Positions 1 through 9,200 of a stretch of 45,129 nt of DNA are shown one piece after another. Below the pieces are notes generated by a model that was not told the DNA's origin, did not search any database, and worked only from the letters and a program-made list of their open reading frames with translations. Every line of letters begins with the position of its first letter. The stretch's first letter is position 1. The position numbers and the translations under genes are program-made. This stretch comes from a virus (Duplodnaviria > Caudoviricetes), in the IMG/VR virus record IMGVR_UViG_3300025594_000015, positions 1 through 45,129 of that record. The stretch is one strand, 5' to 3'.

Positions 1-220
1 CATCAACTCCTAATCTTGAACCAATAATATCAGCGACATAGCCCCCCATACTGGAACCTATGATTATGTCAGGCATACCTAAAGTATAAATGAATTCATC
101 TAAATCTAGGGTTTCATAATTCATTTCAGGTGCATAAACTGTACCTTTTGTTGACAAGAAAGATACTTTTGTTCCTCCTTGTTCACTATCTAAACCGTGT
201 AAATATACTATTTTTTTCAT
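1..220 (-). CDS. YqiA/YcfP-like alpha/beta hydrolase (esterase), runs off the window edge
   Basis: Not in the ORF track. Manual translation from ATG at 220 gives MKKIVYLHGLDSEQGGTK...DIIIGSSMGGYVADIIG, with an HG oxyanion motif and a GxSxG nucleophile elbow. Confidence 0.8.
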   Translation of the reverse strand, partial: MKKIVYLHGLDSEQGGTKVSFLSTKGTVYAPEMNYETLDLDEFIYTLGMPDIIIGSSMGGYVADIIGSRLGVD

Positions 221-238
221 AACCTTTATTTTTTAAGT

Positions 239-388
239 TTATATTTTTATTTTATTATATTCAACTTTTTTTGTTGTTTTAATACAAGTGATTAAATCAT
301 CAACAACACAAGGATCAACAATAGCGCCTTTTTCTTGTAATTTATAAACAATTGATTCTAATAATGTGTAAGAGTGTAATGTAGACAT
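239..388 (-). CDS. small hypothetical protein (49 aa)
   Basis: Manual translation MSTLHSYTLLESIVYKLQEKGAIVDPCVVDDLITCIKTTKKVEYNKIKI*. It fills the gap directly downstream of the promoter repeat at 402-458. Confidence 0.6.
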   Translation of the reverse strand: MSTLHSYTLLESIVYKLQEKGAIVDPCVVDDLITCIKTTKKVEYNKIKI

Positions 389-401
389 AACTTTGATTTT
401 A

Positions 402-458
402 ATGTTGTGCTTAACTGCTCAACGTGGTAAATATACGAAAGATAGCCCGGGAAGCCAA
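402..458 (-). repeat. 57-bp direct repeat copy 1 (promoter + leader module)
   Basis: atgttgtgcttaactgctcaacgtggtaaatatacgaaagatagcccgggaagccaa; 3 mismatches relative to 726-782. Confidence 0.9.
428..458 (-). promoter_or_regulatory. TGG-N19-TATATT promoter (early/middle, Bacteroidota-like)
   Basis: Minus strand TTGG cttcccgggctatctttcg TATATTTA; the same spacing occurs at four other sites. Confidence 0.7.
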
Positions 459-477
459 GCCTCCCGTGCATTATTTT

Positions 478-708
478 TTACCAGTTGTTAACATCATCTT
501 CTCCACGTTTTTCGTGATCATGTTCACTATAAACCCTTAGGTTTAAATACTCACCATCCCCAATATAAGAGGTATCTTCTCTAATATCTTTATCATATGC
601 AAAACAAAAATCATACTCCTCTTTTGTAAGGATTTCTTTTGTATTCATAATCTCTTCAAAACGATTGAACTCTTGTTCTGCAAAATAAATTTCTTCTGGA
701 CTCATCAT
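478..708 (-). CDS. small acidic hypothetical protein
   Basis: 76-aa ORF lying between the two promoter repeats, with an A-rich leader (aaattaaggttat ATG). Confidence 0.7.
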   Translation of the reverse strand: MMSPEEIYFAEQEFNRFEEIMNTKEILTKEEYDFCFAYDKDIREDTSYIGDGEYLNLRVYSEHDHEKRGEDDVNNW

Positions 709-725
709 ATAACCTTAATTTTTGG

Positions 726-782
726 ATGTTGTGCTTAACTGCTCAACATGTTAAATATACGAAAGATAGCCCGGGTAGCCAA
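726..782 (-). repeat. 57-bp direct repeat copy 2 (promoter + leader module)
   Basis: atgttgtgcttaactgctcaacatgttaaatatacgaaagatagcccgggtagccaa. Confidence 0.9.
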
Positions 783-783
783 A
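752..783 (-). promoter_or_regulatory. TTTGG-N19-TATATTTA promoter
   Basis: TTTG + 20 nt + TATATTTA, compared with the Bacteroidota consensus -33 TTTG / -7 TAnnTTTG. Confidence 0.7.
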
Positions 784-786
784 TTT

Positions 787-1566
787 TTACACGGTTCTCT
801 TCGAAGAGGTTTTAAATGTGTTTGTATAAGGTTTTGGTTTTGGATTTTCAATATCAAATAAGGCTTTAACATGAGTAAATATTTCTATATTTTGTTCCTG
901 TGTACGAGGTGACTCATATACTTCCCAATTTTTACCTTTTAAACGTTTACCAGATTTATCTTCACCCCTAGATTTAGATTTTAACCATAAAACTCCTACA
1001 CGGTCAATTTTTTTACCATAACATTCTTCATAACACTGGGCATAAATTGCTCCTTGTAAATCGTATGTTGTTTGTAAATGGTTAGATGTTTTAAAATCTA
1101 TAATCCAACGTTCCATTTTACCATCTATTTCAATCTCACATACTAAATCACAGGTTCCTGCTACTTTAATTTCATCTGAAAATAAATGTACTTCTGCTTC
1201 TATTAGTGTTGGATTATAAGTTTCCCAAAAATCTACAAATCTAAGGAACATTTGCCATACATGAGAGGGCATTTTAGGATTACCATCTTTATACAAAAAT
1301 GTAATTTCTTCCCCATTTAACCAGTCTTCAATCATTTCATGGACTTGTGTTCCTTCTTCTGCTGCTTTCTTAACAATCCATTCCGCACTATAACCTACTT
1401 TTTTAAGCCAATCTTCAAAATATTTACCTTTTGGGTAAGAATTTAAAACATGAGTTACTGAGGGGTAATAATTACTATTACGTCTATAATACCTTGAATC
1501 AGGCATTGTAACTTGTTGATAATCATCTGAAATTTCTAATAATCTTTTGTATGATTTTTTGATCAT
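787..1566 (-). CDS. PD-(D/E)XK (RecB-family) exonuclease
   Basis: YPSVT...GTQVH...E...AGTCDL...IIDFKTS...QGAIYA motifs; adjacent to primase. Confidence 0.85.
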   Translation of the reverse strand: MIKKSYKRLLEISDDYQQVTMPDSRYYRRNSNYYPSVTHVLNSYPKGKYFEDWLKKVGYSAEWIVKKAAEEGTQVHEMIEDWLNGEEITFLYKDGNPKMPSHVWQMFLRFVDFWETYNPTLIEAEVHLFSDEIKVAGTCDLVCEIEIDGKMERWIIDFKTSNHLQTTYDLQGAIYAQCYEECYGKKIDRVGVLWLKSKSRGEDKSGKRLKGKNWEVYESPRTQEQNIEIFTHVKALFDIENPKPKPYTNTFKTSSKRTV

Positions 1567-2498
1567 ATTGATAGTTTTTGTTCCATTAAATCATAGTAGG
1601 TTAATGGTAACGTTGTTTGTATTAGTTTTGTGAAATTTTCAAAACCCATTTCACTCGGATCCTTATCTTGTAAATCTACAAGATAGACTTCTTTGCCTTC
1701 TGCCATTAACTTTTCACAGAACTTCAAAGCTTGTTTGATCGCATCCCTATCTAATGCAATATAAATTTTATCTACTACAGATGTAACTATTTTTTTCATT
1801 AAGTTATTCTGTATATTTTTCCCTAATAAGGGAATTGCGTTTCTTTTTATAGCTAAAGCATCAAATAACCCTTCACATAATATAATAGGTACATTCCAAT
1901 TAATCATATGTTCATTAGGTATTATATCTCTTGATACTTGTGGATTTCTATATTTAATGTATGGTTCCTTTTCAAATGAGCGAGCAGTAAAGTAGTTTAA
2001 CTTACCTTCTACATCATAGGTGGGTATTATTACCATATTTTTATATAAACCTGCTTTACAATAACCTATATTATATTTGAGAATATCGTATTTACTCACG
2101 TGTCTATTATTTAGGTACGCGAGCGCGTGTCTAGCCATTATATCGCTGTTATTAACGTTATTTAGGCTAATATATTCGTCAGGTAGTTTGATTGTTGCTA
2201 CATCTACCTTTTCTGTGTATGAAGTATAATTTACTTCTTTACTTATAGTTTTAGCTTCACTTATTTTATCAGAAGAGGCACCTGCTTGTCTAAATAGTAA
2301 ACTAATAGATTTACCTTTTTTACCACATACCCAACAATGCCAAGGGTTATGACCCTCTTTATTTTCAGTAAAATTAATTTCTAATTTAGGTTTATGGTGG
2401 TTACAGTGGGGACATTTATATGCCATGTTACCTCGAGCAGTTTTTTTACCTGTACCTAATACAGAATTAACTAATGTTACTAATGTATGATTAACCAT
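1563..2498 (-). CDS. DNA primase (Zn finger + TOPRIM)
   Basis: CPHC...HCWVC zinc-binding domain; ILCEGLFDA, PLLG and ALDRDA TOPRIM motifs; KDP motif. Confidence 0.9.
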   Translation of the reverse strand: MVNHTLVTLVNSVLGTGKKTARGNMAYKCPHCNHHKPKLEINFTENKEGHNPWHCWVCGKKGKSISLLFRQAGASSDKISEAKTISKEVNYTSYTEKVDVATIKLPDEYISLNNVNNSDIMARHALAYLNNRHVSKYDILKYNIGYCKAGLYKNMVIIPTYDVEGKLNYFTARSFEKEPYIKYRNPQVSRDIIPNEHMINWNVPIILCEGLFDALAIKRNAIPLLGKNIQNNLMKKIVTSVVDKIYIALDRDAIKQALKFCEKLMAEGKEVYLVDLQDKDPSEMGFENFTKLIQTTLPLTYYDLMEQKLSI

Positions 2499-3615
2499 TT
2501 TGTAATTGAGTTAAAACTTTATATAAATCTAGTCCCGTTAAATTTTGCTTAAAGGAATCGGCGTTCCATGTAGAATAGTGAATTTGATCTTTAGTAATTA
2601 AGTGAGATTTGGGGTAATTTTTAAATGATTCTTTCCAACAATCCTGTGCTTTAGATGTTGCCATATCCCAAAATTCATTTTTCCATTTACTACCAGCTAA
2701 ATAATGTAACATAATCATGTCTTGAGTTTCTTTTAAAAAATTGGTATATGATTTATTATGTGTATCCGTTTCAAAATGGCCTTCGATTATTCCTTTAGTT
2801 AATTGGTTATTTTTAATAATAATATTAACAGAAGTTGCCTCCATAGGTTCTAGAAAAAATGAGGCATTACCATTATATGATATTTTATCTGTAAAATTTT
2901 CTTTTCTATAATAATTAGAAAAGTTTATTAGTTTTGGAGTACTATAATTAGTTAAAACTAAACTATAATCATGGATAATACGTTCCCAATCTTCACTTAT
3001 TTCATCTACTGTAGTTATATTACTATTGAATAAATATCCTATTGAGCATCTATTTTTAAGTGGAATACAAAAAACCCACCCATAAGGACGAGCAATAGCT
3101 AAAGTAGATTTAAATTGTGGGTAATCCCAACTACACTGTCTAATATAAGCAGAGTTAACTGGTATGTATTTGGCTAATTCAAATTCATTATTAATTATAG
3201 GTGTTCCACTACAATCTATAGTATAATCACTATTAAGGGATTTAGAAGAAACATGTTGGTCTATTATATTAACTTTATATTTTAAATTTTCAAATATAAG
3301 GTTTTGAAATTTATTTGAATTAAAATGTAAAGACATAGTCCCTAAATTAAACCAATGTGTAAAATTTTGATTCCCCCAATTATCTTTAATAATTCCCTCT
3401 TTATAATACCCATCAATTCTATCTAGGTTATTATAATTTAAATCAGTATGTTTATCTAAAAATCTACAAAATTCCATATCTGCTCCTTCACCTACAGAAG
3501 CTGCGGATATGGATGAATCATGATACCAATCAACTTCGTAACCAGAATTTGACATATCAAGAGCAGTTATACAACCTGCTGTACCTTTTCCTATTACTGA
3601 TACTTTTTTACTCAT
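2491..3615 (-). CDS. tryptophan halogenase-like flavin-dependent enzyme
   Basis: VIGKGTAG FAD motif, SVGEG, IDCSG, GWVFCIPL (WxWxIP-like) and FLEPMEAT. Confidence 0.8.
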   Translation of the reverse strand: MSKKVSVIGKGTAGCITALDMSNSGYEVDWYHDSSISAASVGEGADMEFCRFLDKHTDLNYNNLDRIDGYYKEGIIKDNWGNQNFTHWFNLGTMSLHFNSNKFQNLIFENLKYKVNIIDQHVSSKSLNSDYTIDCSGTPIINNEFELAKYIPVNSAYIRQCSWDYPQFKSTLAIARPYGWVFCIPLKNRCSIGYLFNSNITTVDEISEDWERIIHDYSLVLTNYSTPKLINFSNYYRKENFTDKISYNGNASFFLEPMEATSVNIIIKNNQLTKGIIEGHFETDTHNKSYTNFLKETQDMIMLHYLAGSKWKNEFWDMATSKAQDCWKESFKNYPKSHLITKDQIHYSTWNADSFKQNLTGLDLYKVLTQLQNG

Positions 3616-3620
3616 ACCAT

Positions 3621-3651
3621 ATAATATACGAACTTATTTTCGCTCAACCAC
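3621..3651 (-). promoter_or_regulatory. TGG-N19-TATATT promoter for the halogenase-primase-nuclease block
   Basis: Minus strand GTGG ttgagcgaaaataagttcg TATATTAT, just upstream of the 3615 start codon. Confidence 0.6.
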
Positions 3652-4116
3652 GAGATCTTCGAATTTTATGTCCGCTAAATCTTTTGTAAAGAATTTACCT
3701 AGAATATTATCATTAAAGAATTCATCTGGTTTTTCTAGGACTTGATATAACATTTGGTATTTAATTTCAAAATAGGTAAGTTGTTTTTTAGTCTCTACAC
3801 ATTTCAAAATGGTACGCTCAAATTCATCTTTTTTACCTTCAACTAATAATTTTTTAATATCTTTTTGGGAACCATAATATTTAAGCCAATCTGATTCTTT
3901 GACTATTAGTTTATATGAAGGTCGTCTACCAACTACCCCCGTTAGAGCAGCAAGTTCTTTCTTACCTAGTTTTTTCTTTTGATTATGAAATAATACTTTC
4001 TTTCCAATATAAGATTTACCCGTAGGTTTATGTGTTGTTATATAAACAAAACCAAAGGTCTTATCTGGGAATTGAGTGATATCATTTATTTCATGTTGTT
4101 TGTATATCCAATTCAT
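3634..4116 (-). CDS. GIY-YIG family nuclease-like protein
   Basis: GFVYITTHKPTGKSYIGKK...YYGS...FERTIL...E...FFNDNILGKF. Confidence 0.8.
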   Translation of the reverse strand: MNWIYKQHEINDITQFPDKTFGFVYITTHKPTGKSYIGKKVLFHNQKKKLGKKELAALTGVVGRRPSYKLIVKESDWLKYYGSQKDIKKLLVEGKKDEFERTILKCVETKKQLTYFEIKYQMLYQVLEKPDEFFNDNILGKFFTKDLADIKFEDLVVERK

Positions 4117-4125
4117 ATATATATG

Positions 4126-4524
4126 TTAGAGACCGCAAAGGTAAGTATTAGTTACAACTCCCGAAGAGTTAGTACGAAGATAACCAAACTGATTTGTTCT
4201 ATTATACCCAGCATTTCCTCCTCCTATAACAGTAGTTCCCCCACTGTTAGTATAAATGGTATCACCAACTGTTGGAATATTTCCACTCCCATCATGATAA
4301 TATGTTACATTTAAAGTTGAATTACATATAAATTTGGTTCCGGTTTGGAATGCGCCTCCTGTATAAGAAGTTAAGTTAGAATACCCATAAAAGTCACTAT
4401 ATGCATCTGGTGCTGTAAAACTTGCGGAATCTGCCATTCCACCTAGTGATATATTAGTTGATGCTGTTCCTAATTCAGCTGAGATTTGGCTTCCGCTTAT
4501 GGGTCCTAATGATGGTAATGGCAT
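4126..4524 (-). CDS. small fibre-tip/adhesin-like virion protein
   Basis: N-terminus MPLPSLGPISGSQI...SLGG...SDFYG is typical of small proteins encoded near S74-ended fibres; a late motif lies upstream. Confidence 0.55.
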   Translation of the reverse strand: MPLPSLGPISGSQISAELGTASTNISLGGMADSASFTAPDAYSDFYGYSNLTSYTGGAFQTGTKFICNSTLNVTYYHDGSGNIPTVGDTIYTNSGGTTVIGGGNAGYNRTNQFGYLRTNSSGVVTNTYLCGL

Positions 4525-4539
4525 GCTTATATATTTTTA

Positions 4540-4549
4540 TTATAAATAT
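4540..4549 (-). promoter_or_regulatory. late promoter motif ATATTTATAA
   Basis: Exact motif 15 nt upstream of the 4524 start. Confidence 0.6.
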
Positions 4550-5121
4550 TGTAAACCAAAATCTCTAATATTTTCAGAGATTATTTCTTTAAAATTTTGT
4601 GGTATATCTTTTAATTTTCCTAATTCTAAAAATAAAGATTTAGATTGATCTCTTTTACCTATATACCACCCTGTAAATGCTTTTTGAAAATCAAACACAA
4701 AGTCACCCGGGTATCCTATGTCATAGGTTAATGGAGTATTTTCTTTAATATTATCTTTACCTAAACAGGCGTACATATAAGATATCATCCATTCTTTTCT
4801 ATTGCTATGCCATATACTTAAATGATAATAAGCTTCGGGTCTATTAGGTGCATAGGCAATAGCAGCTTGGAGTTGTCCTTGTTCCCACTCAAGTCTTCTT
4901 GTAGTTATATTTAATTGCTTCCACGTTTTTAGAAAACAATTATAAGCCATTTTAGGGTCACTATCATGTAACAGTTCAGCTGCTCTTAAAAAGTAAGAAT
5001 GTGCTGCTGCTCCCTGTCCTATTTTTTCATATTCTTCACCTAACTTAGCATTTATATATGCGTCTTGAGGTGTTTGAATGTAATTATGTAATTGTTTTTG
5101 TAATTCTTTCATTCTTCCCAT
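4540..5121 (-). CDS. TPR-repeat protein
   Basis: LGEEYEKIGQGAAAHSYFLRAAE and PNRPEAYYHLS helical repeats; resembles the TPR part of phage/giant-virus glycosyltransferase-associated proteins. Confidence 0.7.
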   Translation of the reverse strand: MGRMKELQKQLHNYIQTPQDAYINAKLGEEYEKIGQGAAAHSYFLRAAELLHDSDPKMAYNCFLKTWKQLNITTRRLEWEQGQLQAAIAYAPNRPEAYYHLSIWHSNRKEWMISYMYACLGKDNIKENTPLTYDIGYPGDFVFDFQKAFTGWYIGKRDQSKSLFLELGKLKDIPQNFKEIISENIRDFGLQYL

Positions 5122-6143
5122 TCTAATTTATCTAATAAATTTACAGGCATTTTTAAAGCATATGCCGCATTATCCTGAAATCCATATGTTATAATAAAAT
5201 TATCATTTTTAATTGCTAATCCAGTATTAAACTCTACCATAGCATCCATAAATTTAAATATCTTAGATATTGATTTTAAATTCCAATCTTTATCCCAAAT
5301 TAGAAACCTATGATAATAATGAGCATCCTTATGCCCCCCAGGGTGGTGAAAAAAATCTACCTCATGTGTTATACATATTCTATCGCCTCCATTACCAAAA
5401 GGTATAACTTGAGAACTACCTCTAATACCTAATGGTCCATTAAATTTTTCTTTTTTATTAATAACTGTTGTACTAGATACTTTATTTAAAATACCCTTTA
5501 ATACTGCTTCTTTATATTTATCTTTTAAATTTACTTTAACTACCTCAACCGGATTAGACCACCTAACAAAATGAAAAGGCATATCCATAACAGGCATCCA
5601 ATTTTTTTCTAAATAAGTATCTTTTGTTGGTGGGTCAACTCTATCTCTAGTTAGTTCTATGGCGTGGTCTTTAGTCCAATCTATCTCACAAAGTTCCATT
5701 CTACCTTCACCATTGGGTTTTACATCTCTTCTTACACCACATATATAAAATTTACTATCCCATCGCATTACTCTAGCATCTTCTAAACCATGGAAATCCC
5801 ATATGGGAGGAATATCATTTTTAGATGTATCTACTTTTTGGTATGATTCTACCTCTAAAGTATCATCATTTAATTTACATAAGTAATTTCCTGTTATTAA
5901 ATGAACATCATCTTCAGGGTTTAGATAAGCTAAACATCCCCATTTACAATAAAAATTTTGGTTAAATTCTGCATGGTATAAGGTATAATGAACATGTCTA
6001 ATGTTGGCTAATATATCCCCATTATCATCTATAAAAACAGAAACATTGCAAAGACCAGTACCATCTGTTAATTCACTTGGTATTATAAGAGGAGTTATTG
6101 TTCCTCCATTATCTAAAACTATTTTGGCTAAATTATTTATCAT
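5109..6143 (-). CDS. five-bladed beta-propeller, glycoside hydrolase-like (GH130/GH43/GH32-like)
   Basis: NVSVF, GLEDARV, EKNWMP, RGSS, HE, YYHRF, VEFNTGL and ITYGFQD motifs. Confidence 0.7.
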   Translation of the reverse strand: MINNLAKIVLDNGGTITPLIIPSELTDGTGLCNVSVFIDDNGDILANIRHVHYTLYHAEFNQNFYCKWGCLAYLNPEDDVHLITGNYLCKLNDDTLEVESYQKVDTSKNDIPPIWDFHGLEDARVMRWDSKFYICGVRRDVKPNGEGRMELCEIDWTKDHAIELTRDRVDPPTKDTYLEKNWMPVMDMPFHFVRWSNPVEVVKVNLKDKYKEAVLKGILNKVSSTTVINKKEKFNGPLGIRGSSQVIPFGNGGDRICITHEVDFFHHPGGHKDAHYYHRFLIWDKDWNLKSISKIFKFMDAMVEFNTGLAIKNDNFIITYGFQDNAAYALKMPVNLLDKLEWEE

Positions 6144-6173
6144 TAAAATTCATGAGTTTAATTTCATGTTATT

Positions 6174-6205
6174 ATAATATAATAAAGATTTTTGGCTATA
6201 CCAAA
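6174..6205 (-). promoter_or_regulatory. TTTGG-N19-TATATT promoter
   Basis: Minus strand TTTGG tatagccaaaaatctttat TATATTAT in the intergenic gap. Confidence 0.65.
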
Positions 6206-6206
6206 T

Positions 6207-9200
6207 TTATTTTGATTCTAAAACTTTTATTTTATTTTTTAGTGAATCTATTTCTAGTTTTAATTCTTTTATTGCCTCAAGAAGTATAGGTGCTATACCT
6301 TGATGTCTCATTGATAGCATACCATTTTCATTTTCTCTTACAAGTTCTGGTATTACTTTCTGTACATCCTGAGCTATAAACCCTACATCTTCTTTTAATT
6401 TTAATATGCTATCACTTTCTTTCCAATCAAAAGTAACACCTTGAAGTTTCATTGCTTTTTCTAAAGCTAACTCAATAGGTTTAATATTTTCTTTTAATCT
6501 GATATCTGATGGAGATCCATATGCTATTATATCCGCTGCTGCTGTTAATGTACCTGTACCACCAAATTCAAATTTATTATTCCCACCATTTAATATAAAA
6601 ATATCATCACCATCCCCATTAATATAAGCACCACCTCCTACTTCATCTATATCTCCTATTCTGAAGGTTCCTGTTGAAGGTGAAACTAAAAGACCACGAT
6701 CTCCTGAATCCTCCACCTCTAAGATACCATCTAAAACTAAATTAGTTCCATTAAATGTTAAATTACTTTCACCAGAAATTATGGAATTGGAAGAGGTTCC
6801 TGTAATTATTCTATGATTACCTGCGTTTTGATATGTTGTTATACCAGCATTTGAACCTGTAGCACCTTTTTGGCCTGTTGTACCTTGTGAACCTGTTGAT
6901 CCCTTAGAACCACCACCACCTTGTGAACCAGTAAAACCTTGAATACCTTGTGAACCTGTTGATCCCTTAGAACCACCTCCACCTTGTGAACCTGTTATAC
7001 CTTGTATACCTTGTGAACCAGTAGCACCTTTTTGTCCTGTTGTTCCCTGAGAACCTGTAGCACCTTTTTGACCTGTAGCACCCTTTTGTCCGGTTGTACC
7101 TTGAGCACCACCACCACCTTGTGAACCAGTAAATCCTTGAGTACCTTGAGCACCACCTCCACCTGTTGCACCTGTTTGACCTTTTTGTCCTTTTTGTCCT
7201 GTTGTACCTTGAGCACCTTGTCCTCCTGTACCACCAGTAAATCCTTGAGTACCTTGAGCACCACCTCCACCTGTTGCACCTGTTTGACCTTTCTGTCCTT
7301 TTTGACCTTTAGCACCACCACCACCTTGTGAACCTGTTATACCTTGTATACCTTGTGAACCAGTAGTACCTTTTTGGCCTGTAGTACCTTGAGAACCTGT
7401 AGCACCTTTAGCACCTTGTCCACCTGTACCACCAGTAAATCCTTGGATACCTTGTGAACCTGTTGCTCCTTTTTGCCCTGTTGTTCCTTGAGAACCAGTA
7501 GCACCTTTTTGGCCTGTTATACCTTGAATACCTTGTGAACCAGTAGCACCTTTAGCACCTTGTCCACCTGTACCACCAGTAAATCCTTGGGTACCTTGAG
7601 CACCACCTCCACCTGTTGCACCTGTTTGACCTTTTTGTCCTTTTTGTCCCGTAAATCCTTGTATACCTTGTGAACCAGTTGAACCTGTATTACCAACTTC
7701 ACCTTTTTGTCCTTTTTGTCCAGTAAATCCTTGTATACCTTGTGAACCAGTTGAACCTGTATTACCATTTTGACCCTTTTGTCCTTTTTGACCTTGAGCA
7801 CCAGTATTACCTGTTATACCTTGAATACCTTGAGAACCTGTATTACCTGTTTGTCCTTTTTGTCCTGTGCCACCTGTAAATCCTTGAATACCTTGTAAAC
7901 CTGTTGAACCAGTATTACCCTTAGCACCTTGTCCACCTGTACCACCAGTAAATCCTTGGATACCTTGTGAACCTGTTGCTCCTTTTTGCCCTGTTGTTCC
8001 TTGAGAACCAGTAGCACCTTTTTGGCCTGTTATACCTTGAATACCTTGTGAACCAGTAGCACCTTTTTGTCCCGTTGTACCTTGTGAACCAGTTGTACCT
8101 TGAGCACCTTTAGCACCCGTTGTACCTTGAGTACCTATTTCACCTTTTTGTCCTTTTTGACCTGTAGTACCCTGAGAACCAGTAGCACCTTTTTGACCTG
8201 TTGTACCTTGTGAACCTGTATTACCAGTTGAACCTTTATCTCCTCTATCACCTGTAGCAACAAATGATACAATTACATCTTCATTATTTGAGAAGGGGGA
8301 TGCAGTAGATGATGCTTGTTCATCTATAAATACTGTCCACCAACCTGTATTATTAGTTAAATCAGATATACTGAATAATATATATTGTGTAGCGTCTGTT
8401 CTATTTGATAATCTAACATGACCCTTAATAGCAGATGTAACAGCATCTATTGATTGTAAAAAATCGTCTATATTACTGGCATTATCGTCAGTTGAGTCAA
8501 TAAACATTTTTCCTGCTGTATTCTGGGTTGTAGAATTTAATCTTACTTTACCAGTTCCTGGGTCAGCATCACTTGTACTTGAAGAGAATGTATAATCGAA
8601 TGTAGCACCACCAAATGAACCATCTGTTCCTTGAGCACCTATTTCACCTTTTTGTCCTTTTTGTCCAGTTGCACCTTGTGAACCTGTGGTACCTTTTTGT
8701 CCTGTTGTACCTTGAGCACCTATTTCACCTTTTTGTCCTTTTTGGCCTGTAATACCTTGGGCACCAACTTCACCTTTTTGTCCTTTTTGTCCTGTTGTAC
8801 CTTGTAAACCGGTAGCACCTGTTATACCTTGGATACCTTGAGAACCTGTTGCACCTTTTTGACCTGTTGTACCTTGAGTACCGATAATACCTTGAATACC
8901 TTGAGAACCTGTTGCTCCTTTTTGTCCGGTTGTACCTTGAGAGCCTGTTGCACCTGTTATACCTTGTATACCTTGTGAACCAGTAGCACCTTTTTGTCCT
9001 GTTGTACCTTGTGAACCTGTAGCACCTGTTATACCTTGGATACCTTGAGAACCCGTTGCACCTTTTTGGCCTGTTGTTCCTTGAGCTCCAATTTCACCTT
9101 TAGCACCTGTTGTACCTTTTGTTCCTGTAATACCTTGTGTTCCTGTGGTACCTTGAGCACCCTCTTCACCTTTAGTACCTGTAATACCTTGTGAACCAAT

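Noticed and set aside
787-1566. Cas4 call for the nuclease
   Set aside because: The Fe-S cysteine pattern (one N-terminal plus three C-terminal Cys) is not evident, and the replication context fits a generic PD-(D/E)XK exonuclease.
3634-4116. Mobile homing endonuclease
   Set aside because: It has only the GIY-YIG catalytic domain without NUMOD/HTH DNA-binding repeats and no intron context, so mobility is unsupported.
4700-4725. CCCGGGTA resembling the promoter-repeat spacer
   Set aside because: It lacks the TGG and TATATT boxes at the right spacing and is explained by Gly-Tyr-Pro-Gly codons.
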